A stretch of 45,846 nt of DNA, taken from contig JANMPT010000016.1 of the NCBI GenBank assembly GCA_031370005.1, forward strand, positions 1-45,846, given 5' to 3'. This DNA comes from Bdellovibrionales bacterium. GTDB lineage: Bacteria > Bdellovibrionota > Bdellovibrionia > Bdellovibrionales > Bdellovibrionaceae. Each line of letters starts with the position of its first letter. The stretch's first letter is position 1. The position numbers and the translations under genes are program-made. Of the stretch, positions 9,601-17,209 are shown piece after piece. The notes beneath the pieces are model-generated. The model was not told the DNA's origin. It saw nothing but the letters and a program-made list of their open reading frames with translations, and did no database searches.

Positions 9601-9691
9601 TAATCAAAATCAATATTGCTATACAAGCTCTTTTGACAAAATCTGGAAGTGCATCCTTAACCAATGATGAACTCACAACGGAATTGGTCAC
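6620..9691 (-). CDS. MMPL/RND-family transporter fused to a C-terminal LolA-like (outer-membrane lipoprotein-sorting) domain
   Basis: Two repeats of TM, periplasmic domain and five TMs (ACIPNLVP, FLSLATTKVPIIRDFG, GDLILLPTLL); C-terminal domain with SPKDLKGTSLL, WLYLPSSKQIRRL, ILGSELNTED, CYDKQGKLLK, FTPEAL. Confidence 0.85.
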   Translation of the reverse strand: MTNSVVSSSLVKDALPDFVKRACIAILILISVLTVLSAFCFSKLQTQYSLSQFLPKQNSLLALDAKTKKTFQISDLQPFIATLQIFGDKQSWLEAEKIQALKQTTEDLSKIAGVKNSLSLATVEGAISSREGLSIGPLLKSIPTGKWQEQVLKNSILTPALISRDAKTVSVIININEISAADLQGLKSHIETTVQRDLPFAKVEIGGSPAVQSDISTLLQSEIRNFVGLGFLACLIVLSIVFSNITPVLISFIITVVANLMILAAMAVFGYTFTVLSTMIPILATVTVMSLCIHSMLRLVEEDRLESSTSHYKLILKTMKSLLSANFLAALTPMIGFLSLATTKVPIIRDFGFTVAMAIFICWIVTNILLVPLLILLPKPRARKWAWAKARWSLYFFHKSGAVAFLIIAVSVALAIKGQTLSWTARLFDDLPTNHQVRNSTELIDHKLGGMIPIDIELRGTKDIWSDPQLLSQLDKLIHHYRSYPGVGSVVGLSDLIAASSLTRNRLPTSRAATAEIIFLHSLSDQSPLKNYLSTDSSKTRIAIRTRDLPSDEVFLLIEKLKSKAQKFFPEFKVNATGMGSTIHTLNNQLSKELIYGFWQSMFAIFVILIFVFRSVRWSILACIPNLVPPAVLLGFLAISQTPIKPSIAIIFSIALGLAFNNTVYFLERLRSIQKNSPINRLNVEKALWLEGNPCLISSLTLLAGLSVFLISYFAMNRTFGFYMVLTMLAGLIGDLILLPTLLKSCPWLLSTPKMNKTGKEKLVLGLSMFGFLFILLGPQSFSRANLAPIDISKITQEIASRMSAKDEEFDASMKIIEADESFKVRGMKILRLSPSKKEHYVLVHMESPKDLKGTSLLATYRNGKEEKWLYLPSSKQIRRLAPSSHESNSILGSELNTEDFNINVDSSIKNVLKKEIKIENQKYFVVESDVNQTSANYSKIISYISANEYLPSKTECYDKQGKLLKVIDFSDYIKVGTGKWRARKIMIHNMQNNRATEISLSKIKVDQNLKTSDFTPEALRDE

Positions 9692-9774
9692 TGAGGTTCC
9701 TTTGCAAAAAATTAAAAAAGGATTAACATGGGTGCAGTCTAATGATGCTATTACAGCTTCACGCGAGGGACAAG

Positions 9775-11283
9775 ATGCACATCAATCGTTTTATAATTTT
9801 ATTAATAGCTTTTATTTATTTATTGGGCGTTCCTGTTGCTTCTGCCAGTTCAAACCTTGAAACAGAATTTGAAATGATACTTCCACAAGCTTTCCAACAA
9901 AATCTTATTGAGCAAGAGTGGCAAGCTTTACAAAAAAATGAGCTTAAGATGAGCTGGCATATCCCGGATCAGGTTTATGATGCGCCAGATGTAAAAGTTC
10001 ACTTATCTGGTTTGCTATTGGATTTGAAAACGAAACTAAAAAATCCAGGTCAGAGCCAAGGGGCCGAAAGCATCACTCTTGAATCAAAAGATCTTCAGGC
10101 AGAGTTAAACATTCAGGCTGTAACGATTGACCAATATATTGAAAAAGAAGTCGGGGGAGTCATTGGTCGTTTTCGTATTCAGGCTCGTTGTGAGGGCATT
10201 CGACTTCACATGGATACTGGCAAAGGCTCTTTTGCCATGAAGCTCAGTCCCTCCTTTGAGGGCAGTTTAGTTCGGGCCCATGTGAATGATGTGAGTCTCT
10301 CATGGACTCCAGATGCTTGGAGCCTTGGTGATATGAAATGCACTGGCGCCCAAGGTTTTGATGACATAATTAAAGCCGAGGTTTTAAAGCTCACCGGGGA
10401 TTCTTCTATTGTCGATCAGCAAAAAGATATTTTACGACAAAATGTACAGGACTACGTGAATAAATATTCTATCGACCTGGCTCAATCCCGAAATTTGACG
10501 AGCACGCGACCTGATATTAAAGTCTCTATGCGAATCAGAGAATTTGCAGCAACTGAAAAAAAAGCTCTAGTAGTAAGAGGAATCATTCGCGCTGAGTTTA
10601 TGAAGTTTAAGGGCAGCGATAATATCTATTTAAAACTTTCAAAACAAAGTTCTAAAGACGACTCCTCGACGAACGCTAGGCTTCGCATCCCAGAAGAATT
10701 TGTATTGATAATGGCAAAGCAGGCCTTTGGTGCAAACTCCTGGTTGCAAAGAGTGTACTCAAGTCAACTTCCAGGATTTTCTTCTCTGATGCAGTCGAGA
10801 TTTAGTCAATTTTTTATTTGGTGCGAGTTGATGAGTTTTCCAAAATCCGCTGAGTTTTTATTTGATACGTATTCGCAAAAAAATATTGAAGTCGCTGGGG
10901 AAAATTTAAATTATCAAGTGAGGGCGTCATTGCGGGCTGAAATGTATGCCCCTAAGAATGGCAGATATATTCCATTTATGAATTTTAGAGCGCCGTTTTC
11001 AAGTCAGGTGCAGTTGTCTGTTAAGCAGGGAAATGTTTTGGCTAAGTTTTCAGCGGTATCTTTTGATTTGCAAGAACAGTGGGAGCCTTTATATATCGAG
11101 AGATACCACCCATCTCAGGCTTTTGCTCGCAACAAAATTAATACACGTCTTGAAAAGGCGATGGAAGGATTCGCAACTCTCTACTCCCTGCCTAGGATCC
11201 CATTGACTGATAAGATATTTCTGCAACTTGAAAAGGTTCAGAAGTCCACTCAAACAACGGATTTAGTTTTTTACCTGAAGTAG
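9775..11283 (+). CDS. secreted hypothetical protein, possible BPI/LBP (TULIP) two-domain fold
   Basis: Signal peptide ending ASA; RBS GAGGGA before ATG 9775; alternating long amphipathic beta-strands and helices in two roughly 250-aa halves. The fold is an inference. Confidence 0.6.
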   Translation: MHINRFIILLIAFIYLLGVPVASASSNLETEFEMILPQAFQQNLIEQEWQALQKNELKMSWHIPDQVYDAPDVKVHLSGLLLDLKTKLKNPGQSQGAESITLESKDLQAELNIQAVTIDQYIEKEVGGVIGRFRIQARCEGIRLHMDTGKGSFAMKLSPSFEGSLVRAHVNDVSLSWTPDAWSLGDMKCTGAQGFDDIIKAEVLKLTGDSSIVDQQKDILRQNVQDYVNKYSIDLAQSRNLTSTRPDIKVSMRIREFAATEKKALVVRGIIRAEFMKFKGSDNIYLKLSKQSSKDDSSTNARLRIPEEFVLIMAKQAFGANSWLQRVYSSQLPGFSSLMQSRFSQFFIWCELMSFPKSAEFLFDTYSQKNIEVAGENLNYQVRASLRAEMYAPKNGRYIPFMNFRAPFSSQVQLSVKQGNVLAKFSAVSFDLQEQWEPLYIERYHPSQAFARNKINTRLEKAMEGFATLYSLPRIPLTDKIFLQLEKVQKSTQTTDLVFYLK

Positions 11284-11284
11284 T

Positions 11285-12595
11285 TTAAAAACTATGGCTT
11301 AAGGATATTCGATAGTTGTCATTGTCATTGTAAACACCGAGCGGAGTATCTTTATTGCCCGAGATAAGCTCTGCACTTAGCTGCAGAGTCCAAGCGTCAT
11401 ATATTCGCCGTGTAACGGAGTATTGTTGAAAATTGCTGTAACGAAGTGAATCATAGAGTGCGAAAGTGCTCAGGGCCCATCGGTCCCCCCAACTGAAACG
11501 ACCGCCGGCCATCCAAGTATTGCGAAATATTTCTGCCACCGAGAGGTTCGAATTATTTTCTTTCTCGGAGTTGATGTACGAGTACTGAAGAATTCCCACA
11601 AGCAGACCCTCCGCTCCAAGCTTGAAGTTTTTCTCAAGCCCCACTACGTTTTCATGGGTCCATCCGGGCAAAAGTGGATCATCCCCCATGCTTTGGGAAT
11701 AACTCGTGGCAAACTTAAGAAGAAAATTCATCTGTGAACTTACCCAGGAAAATCCAGCTACTTTATATCGATAGTTTTTGGTGCCAAGAACAATATTGGG
11801 ATCTGTCCGAAAAATGACCTTAGGAGAAATTTGAACTACTGTGCCGGTGACTTTGGGTTGTATGAGGGGGAAGCTTGCAACCCCTTCAAAGCCGTTGAGG
11901 CTGAGATCTACAGACCCGAGATGCCATTGCAACCTTAGGCCAATGTTGTTGTCGGGGGCGTTGTTTATATTTTCACGGCTTTCATAAGTGTAATTTAAGT
12001 TCTCTGGGAGAAGCAGAACCACATTGTTATCGATAGAGCGTGGAATATAGATTTGTCGTGGAAGCCAACGACTATGTGTCCCTGGCAGAATTGAACTTTG
12101 ATTCTTAGGTATATAAACAAACTCCTGCTCGCTTGTTTCAGAATTGTGAGAAAGGAGCATAGACAGGGCTCCGAGTTTTACCGAGTGAAGTGGGTCATAG
12201 TACTGGCGCATATTCACAACATCTAAGGGGTTATAACCATCGGTGACGCCCCAATTAAGGATATTGTTGCCCACCTGCACACTGGTTGTATCTTTTTTGT
12301 ATTTAAGGTTCACCTCGCTTGCATCAAAAAAGACCTGTTCCTCCTTGGATTTGTTTTGAGGATCCCATAAAAAATTTGGTTTGAAATAAAAACGATAGGA
12401 GTCAGAGAGCCTTCCCGAGAGTGTTGGAATCAGCTCCAGTCGATTGAGGCTGTTATTGGTGTCTTCGCCAGAAGCCTTAGGCCAATAGACCGATTCAATT
12501 TTCGCATCTGTTGTAAGATTCCAGGTGTTTTTGGCTAAAACAAGAAAAGGCAGCTGAGACGAGCAGATGATTAAAACACTAGTTAAGCGGAGCAT
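11285..12595 (-). CDS. outer-membrane beta-barrel protein (DUF1302-like, the type found beside MMPL/LolA-like genes)
   Basis: Signal peptide; GNNILNWGVTDGYNPLDVVN motif; amphipathic strands; C-terminal beta-signal YRISLSHSF. Confidence 0.75.
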   Translation of the reverse strand: MLRLTSVLIICSSQLPFLVLAKNTWNLTTDAKIESVYWPKASGEDTNNSLNRLELIPTLSGRLSDSYRFYFKPNFLWDPQNKSKEEQVFFDASEVNLKYKKDTTSVQVGNNILNWGVTDGYNPLDVVNMRQYYDPLHSVKLGALSMLLSHNSETSEQEFVYIPKNQSSILPGTHSRWLPRQIYIPRSIDNNVVLLLPENLNYTYESRENINNAPDNNIGLRLQWHLGSVDLSLNGFEGVASFPLIQPKVTGTVVQISPKVIFRTDPNIVLGTKNYRYKVAGFSWVSSQMNFLLKFATSYSQSMGDDPLLPGWTHENVVGLEKNFKLGAEGLLVGILQYSYINSEKENNSNLSVAEIFRNTWMAGGRFSWGDRWALSTFALYDSLRYSNFQQYSVTRRIYDAWTLQLSAELISGNKDTPLGVYNDNDNYRISLSHSF

Positions 12596-12737
12596 AATTC
12601 AAAAAAACACAGATAATAGGCTCTGACTATACTTAGTCCTAGAAGACTTTATCCACTTTAGAGTAACTTTTTAGGACACTCTGTCTATGTTTTTGTCATG
12701 CAAATTGTCCCCAGTTCATTTTTACATAAATTAACCG

Positions 12738-12753
12738 TGGCACAGGCAGTGCA
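12738..12753 (+). promoter_or_regulatory. sigma54 (-24/-12) promoter
   Basis: TGGCACAGGCAGTGCA fits TGGCAC-N5-(T)TGCA with GG-N10-GC spacing, about 40 nt upstream of ATG 12793. Confidence 0.6.
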
Positions 12754-12792
12754 TTGAATCGGGTGTGTTTAAATATTGAACGTGGAGGATTT

Positions 12793-13332
12793 ATGAAAAG
12801 CGTGTTGAAATCTTTAGTTATAGCTGGAGTACTCATACTTAGCGCGTGCGCTAAAGACAGTGGTGGTGGTGGTGCGACCCCAGCCGTGGCAGTAGTGCCT
12901 CAGTCGAATAACTGTGCCGTTGGCCAGGTATACACTCAATATGGTTGCTTGGCTCAGAGCAGCTGCCCAGTAAACTTTGGAATGTACAATAATCAATGTA
13001 TTCCGGCGACAACTGCGAATACGAATGGTTCATGTGCTGTTGGCCAAGTATACACTCAATATGGTTGTTTGGCTCAGAGCACCTGTCCAGTGAACTTTGG
13101 AATGTATAATAACCAATGTGTTCAAGCTTATGCCAATGGCAATAACAACGGTTATTATGGCAATGGAAATGGTGGATACTACAATGCGTACTACTACCAA
13201 AATAGAAATGCATATTATGGCAATGGTGGCGGTTATACCTACGGCTATCCTTATGCCACAGGCGCTGGTATCGGAGCTGGTTTTTATATTGGTGGACGCG
13301 TATCGACTCCGGGCATGTACTACGGTTACTAA
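12793..13332 (+). CDS. lipoprotein with two 4-Cys repeats and a G/Y/N-rich low-complexity tail
   Basis: RBS GGAGGA, lipobox LSAC; CAVGQVYTQYGCLAQS(S/T)CPVNFGMYNNQC twice; tail NGNNNGYYGNGNGGYYNAYYY... Confidence 0.8.
   Translation: MKSVLKSLVIAGVLILSACAKDSGGGGATPAVAVVPQSNNCAVGQVYTQYGCLAQSSCPVNFGMYNNQCIPATTANTNGSCAVGQVYTQYGCLAQSTCPVNFGMYNNQCVQAYANGNNNGYYGNGNGGYYNAYYYQNRNAYYGNGGGYTYGYPYATGAGIGAGFYIGGRVSTPGMYYGY
12913..13119 (+). repeat. intragenic duplication of 87 bp, period 120 bp
   Basis: 12913-12999 and 13033-13119 encode 29-aa units differing at one residue; most DNA differences are synonymous. Confidence 0.9.
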
Positions 13333-13348
13333 GTAGATCAGAAATACA

Positions 13349-13397
13349 AATACAAACGAAAGAGAGGGCTTTGGCGCCTCTCTTTTTCGTTTGTATT
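13349..13397. terminator. long, likely bidirectional intrinsic terminator
   Basis: AATACAAACGAAAGAGAGG ... CCTCTCTTTTTCGTTTGTATT between convergent genes. Confidence 0.7.
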
Positions 13398-13527
13398 ATT
13401 AAGCCAAGATCCACTCAAGCCCAAGAATCCACCAGTCTTCGCGGGGATCAAGAGCTTTTTCTTAGAAGGTTTTAAAATTAACTGACATTGAGAGCATAGA
13501 CATAGAAGGTCTTCGGATAAAGAAAAT

Positions 13528-15588
13528 CTAGGGATGATTTCTTCTATGGGCTATTTTGTTTTTCGGATAAAATAAGCTTAAGGGTTGTCGTTTGATGTGT
13601 GCCATGACAGCTGCATAAATTTGTTTTTGCTGCGGCAGTTGGATTCTGCGGGCGCGAATGGCAACAAACATTGACATACTAAAAGCCACTATCACATTTA
13701 AGAAGCCGCAGGCCACAATGCCAATAGCCGCAAGCCAAAATTCCCAAGTGGATAAAGAATCCAGACCAAGACTGACAACTGAAGCCGCTAAAGCCCCTGA
13801 GGACAGAGTCACATGACGGATATCGATGGGTAGACCCAAGAAGATGCCTGCGGCAGGAATAAGGCCTAAGAAGAACGCCAAAGAAATATTTCCGCTAAAG
13901 CCGGAGATATTTTTTCTAAAGAAGAGGGCGATTTTTTTTGATCCAGATTCTCCAAAAACAAAAATCATGCGGCGATTTTGTGAAATAGCGGAATTCAGAC
14001 GGTGGTAGGCAAACCAGTTATCCATCCAGCCTGCGATCACACTTGAAAGCCATAAGAAAATTCCAGTGAAGGCAGCGTAGGGGGCCATGCCGCCCAAAAT
14101 GGAAAAAGAGTGTAGGGTATGGTGAGCTTTGGCAGGATCAATGAGCGGGCTATGAAAAAGCATAAACCAACCAAAAGACAACAATATCATTGTGGGAATT
14201 ACGGCATAAATATTACCAAGCACTGCAATAAACTGAGAACGCATTAAATGTATAATTTCGTCGACCAGTTTTTCTAATGAGTCCTTGTCATTTACTTTAT
14301 GCATTTTTGCGGCAAGGGCCGGGGCAGTCATCGCTGGCTGTTTGGTTGCGAGTGTAAAACCGAAAAGCTGAATGGCTACGAAACTGACAGAATAATTCAA
14401 GGAGGCTAAGAGGCCCGTGAAAAAGATTGAGGCATCAACGCGATAAATAAGAAATTTTATTAGTGTCGTAAATGCAGTGATAATGCCGCCGCCAATAGCT
14501 TTTTTCAGAATATGGAGATACTCAGAGCGATTGCGCGTGATGTAGTGCTCGCCGGTCTCGGCACTGCGATCAACAATTTTTTTAGAGATCAAAGCTAAGT
14601 TATCAGCAAACAGCGCGCCAATTTCATGAAAGCGAATATTTTCCATCATGAGTGTTGAAATAAATTGAGAAACGGCCTCTGGGTTTTTTTCATGGCTAAG
14701 AAGCAATTCTATCAGATTGCGAATCCGACGAAGTTGACCCTCCATACGGTCGAGCAAGAATACAATATTAATACTGACGCCATATTCACTCAGATGAGTA
14801 TAAACTTCAGAAATTGCCAACTGACAGTGATCAACAAGCTTTTTAAGTTGCTCTGCTAATACCAAACGCTGATCGGTGTCTGTAGTGTCCACCATTTTTT
14901 TTGCAAGAAGAGGCAGCTCAAAGAATGGCAGGTCTTTAAAGTGCCTTCCACTTAAGCGATTTCGAATGGGGGTGGAGAGTCCTGCACCATGAACCTGAGT
15001 GCTTAAAAGTAAAATGGCATCCTTGGCGTCCTCAATAAGGCTATTCCACTGAGCATGATCATCCTCTTCATAGGAAAATAGTGCCAAGAGATCCTGAAAA
15101 GTCTTTTTATCCATTTGCTCAATCCACAAATAATCGTTCTCTTTGCGGAAAGTCTGGCCAAAGAAAGAAGCAAGATTTACATATTCTAGAGCGCGGGGTA
15201 AAAATTTATAATGTAAGCGATCAATTAGCTCAGCACTAAAACCTTGTTGATTGTGTACTCCAGTATTCACAAATAAATCAAGGGCACTTGTATCATGGAT
15301 AATGGATCTTAAAGTCGCAGCAACGTTTTTTTTCCACGATGGATTGCGCTCTAGCATTTGCAATAAATATTTGGCGCGTAAAGCCTGAGGATGTCCGGTT
15401 TGGAAATTTAACTCAGTTTTGACTACGCCCTTGATGCGAATCCACTGAATAAGATCTGTCAGCCACTCAAGCCTCTTGCGTAATAAAGCACTCGGTAAAG
15501 GTGGGCTACTTAGTAAAGTGTCAAGATTGCGTCTTGAATGGGGAGCTAAGCTCCACTTTGTAATCACTGCGCGTGTTTTTTTAAACAT
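13528..15588 (-). CDS. Gcr-family ('site-specific recombinase', PF10136) polytopic membrane protein
   Basis: Motifs ETGEHYITR, FTLATKQPAMTAPALA, DIRHVTLSSG. Start placed at ATG 15588, which forms a TAATG overlap with the PAP2 stop. Confidence 0.8.
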   Translation of the reverse strand: MFKKTRAVITKWSLAPHSRRNLDTLLSSPPLPSALLRKRLEWLTDLIQWIRIKGVVKTELNFQTGHPQALRAKYLLQMLERNPSWKKNVAATLRSIIHDTSALDLFVNTGVHNQQGFSAELIDRLHYKFLPRALEYVNLASFFGQTFRKENDYLWIEQMDKKTFQDLLALFSYEEDDHAQWNSLIEDAKDAILLLSTQVHGAGLSTPIRNRLSGRHFKDLPFFELPLLAKKMVDTTDTDQRLVLAEQLKKLVDHCQLAISEVYTHLSEYGVSINIVFLLDRMEGQLRRIRNLIELLLSHEKNPEAVSQFISTLMMENIRFHEIGALFADNLALISKKIVDRSAETGEHYITRNRSEYLHILKKAIGGGIITAFTTLIKFLIYRVDASIFFTGLLASLNYSVSFVAIQLFGFTLATKQPAMTAPALAAKMHKVNDKDSLEKLVDEIIHLMRSQFIAVLGNIYAVIPTMILLSFGWFMLFHSPLIDPAKAHHTLHSFSILGGMAPYAAFTGIFLWLSSVIAGWMDNWFAYHRLNSAISQNRRMIFVFGESGSKKIALFFRKNISGFSGNISLAFFLGLIPAAGIFLGLPIDIRHVTLSSGALAASVVSLGLDSLSTWEFWLAAIGIVACGFLNVIVAFSMSMFVAIRARRIQLPQQKQIYAAVMAHIKRQPLSLFYPKNKIAHRRNHP

Positions 15589-16208
15589 TAAGCTCTCCGG
15601 GTTTGCCACAGGCGAACCCAATAAAGTGCGGTTAAGGTGCCAATATAGCCAATAGTGGCCCCGCCAATGACATCGCTTAAAAAGTGATCATGAATGATCA
15701 CTCGGGTGAATCCAAAAAAAGCGGCGACTATAAAAAAGAACCATTTTGCCTTCGGCATTGCAAGTGAAAGCATTGTGGCTACTGTAAACATAACTTGAGC
15801 ATGGCCAGAGGCAAATGACTGGAAGTCCCAATTAAGGGTAAAGGGATGAAAAACAAAGGGATTGAAATCCGGGCTAATGTGTGGACGCTGTCGTCCCACG
15901 CAAAACTTTACAACAAGAAGAAAAATTCCTGAGATTGTTAAAGCAAAAAAGAAATCTCGAGACCATTCGCGAAGTCGAGAGTACTTGGGGCGTACCCAGC
16001 GTGCAAATATATACAATAAAACAGCAGCTAAGAAGTAGTGTTCGCCCAGTCCAACATTAGTAATGGCGCGTGCCATTAGCCAAATTGCACCGAGCTCGGG
16101 TCGCTTAAAATAAAGAGACAGATTTTGATCTAATGTAAGAGCCGCGAGGATAATTAAAGAAAAACCAAGCAGGCTCGCTGTCAGAATTTTGCGCTTTGGA
16201 TAAGTCAT
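15588..16208 (-). CDS. PAP2-family membrane phosphatase (lipid A / undecaprenyl-PP phosphatase-like)
   Basis: C1 KFCVGRQRP, C2 SFASGH, C3 TRVIIHDHFLSD; multiple TM segments. Confidence 0.9.
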   Translation of the reverse strand: MTYPKRKILTASLLGFSLIILAALTLDQNLSLYFKRPELGAIWLMARAITNVGLGEHYFLAAVLLYIFARWVRPKYSRLREWSRDFFFALTISGIFLLVVKFCVGRQRPHISPDFNPFVFHPFTLNWDFQSFASGHAQVMFTVATMLSLAMPKAKWFFFIVAAFFGFTRVIIHDHFLSDVIGGATIGYIGTLTALYWVRLWQTRRA

Positions 16209-16378
16209 GAATGCATGCTAACAAAGAAAATTCTCAGTGGGTAGTAGGGATGTGTAACATAATCATCCTAGACCTAAGCAAATCCTAACAAATAAAAACT
16301 TGCCTAGACAAGAGTCCGTCGTCTTAAATGGGTTTAGGTTAGCAGGAAGTTACAGCTCTAAAAGGAATTGGAGTTTCA

Positions 16379-17209
16379 ATGGTGCGGCAGAGAATTACAC
16401 AGCTTGTATTTGCCTACTTGATTTTTTTTATTTCATTTTCAACATTAGCGTCATCTCCTGATTACTACACTGTTCAGGATAATCTAAGTTCCAAGATCTC
16501 CGATGTTTCGTTAAGCCCGATAAGCACCTTTTCACAGGTACTTGAAGAGTCTGCGAAGAAAACTTTTGATCTCAATTTAATGAGTTGGAATCATCACAAT
16601 GAAGAGCTTGTGGACCCGGCAATTTCCTATGAGCGCAAGACTCAGTATGGCACTTGGGTGCGGGATCCCAAGGAGAAAAATTGTTACAATACGCGTGCCC
16701 GGGTTTTGATTCGATCTTCTGATACTCCTGTGAGTTTTAATGCAAGCGGCTGCACTGTGACTGCTGGGCAATGGCATGACCCATATTCGAATCGCCAGTA
16801 TACTCAGGCCAGTGATATTCAAATTGATCACGTGGTTCCTTTGAAAAATTCCTATATGAGCGGCGCTTGGAAGTGGGATTTTAAAAAGCGCTGCTTGTAT
16901 GCAAATTTTATGTCCAATGAGTTTCACCTTTTGGCTGTTAATGGGCCTGACAATATGAGAAAAGGCGATAAAACCCCCGAGGGCTTCATGCCTTCAAATG
17001 CAGCATACTCTTGTGATTACCTGACGATTTGGTTGAAGATTAAAATGATCTGGAATTTGGCAATGACTCCTTCAGAAGCTCAAGCTATTTCGCATTTGGT
17101 GAAGCAAAATCATTGTGACATGTCACTTCTAGTTATGACTTCCCAGGAGCTGAGTCAGCAAAGACAGAGTATTCTCGAGAGTATGACATTGTGTAGAGCG
17201 GCTCAGTAA
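16379..17209 (+). CDS. secreted HNH/DUF1524-type nuclease
   Basis: Signal peptide; NTRARVL, GQWHDPYS, IQIDHVVPL, LLAVNGPDNMRKGDK, CDY...W..IK..W.L. Confidence 0.85.
   Translation: MVRQRITQLVFAYLIFFISFSTLASSPDYYTVQDNLSSKISDVSLSPISTFSQVLEESAKKTFDLNLMSWNHHNEELVDPAISYERKTQYGTWVRDPKEKNCYNTRARVLIRSSDTPVSFNASGCTVTAGQWHDPYSNRQYTQASDIQIDHVVPLKNSYMSGAWKWDFKKRCLYANFMSNEFHLLAVNGPDNMRKGDKTPEGFMPSNAAYSCDYLTIWLKIKMIWNLAMTPSEAQAISHLVKQNHCDMSLLVMTSQELSQQRQSILESMTLCRAAQ

Noticed and set aside
12913..13119. Repeat pair considered as a CRISPR array or DGR template/variable repeat
   Set aside because: Only two copies, in frame within one gene, mostly synonymous differences not confined to adenines, and no cas or reverse transcriptase gene in the window.
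12851..13414. 187-aa His/Cys-rich minus-strand ORF
   Set aside because: Antisense shadow of the repetitive G/Y/N lipoprotein, which has the promoter, RBS and lipobox.
13528..15588. Mobile element implied by the 'site-specific recombinase' family name
   Set aside because: Polytopic membrane protein with no catalytic recombinase motifs and no att sites.
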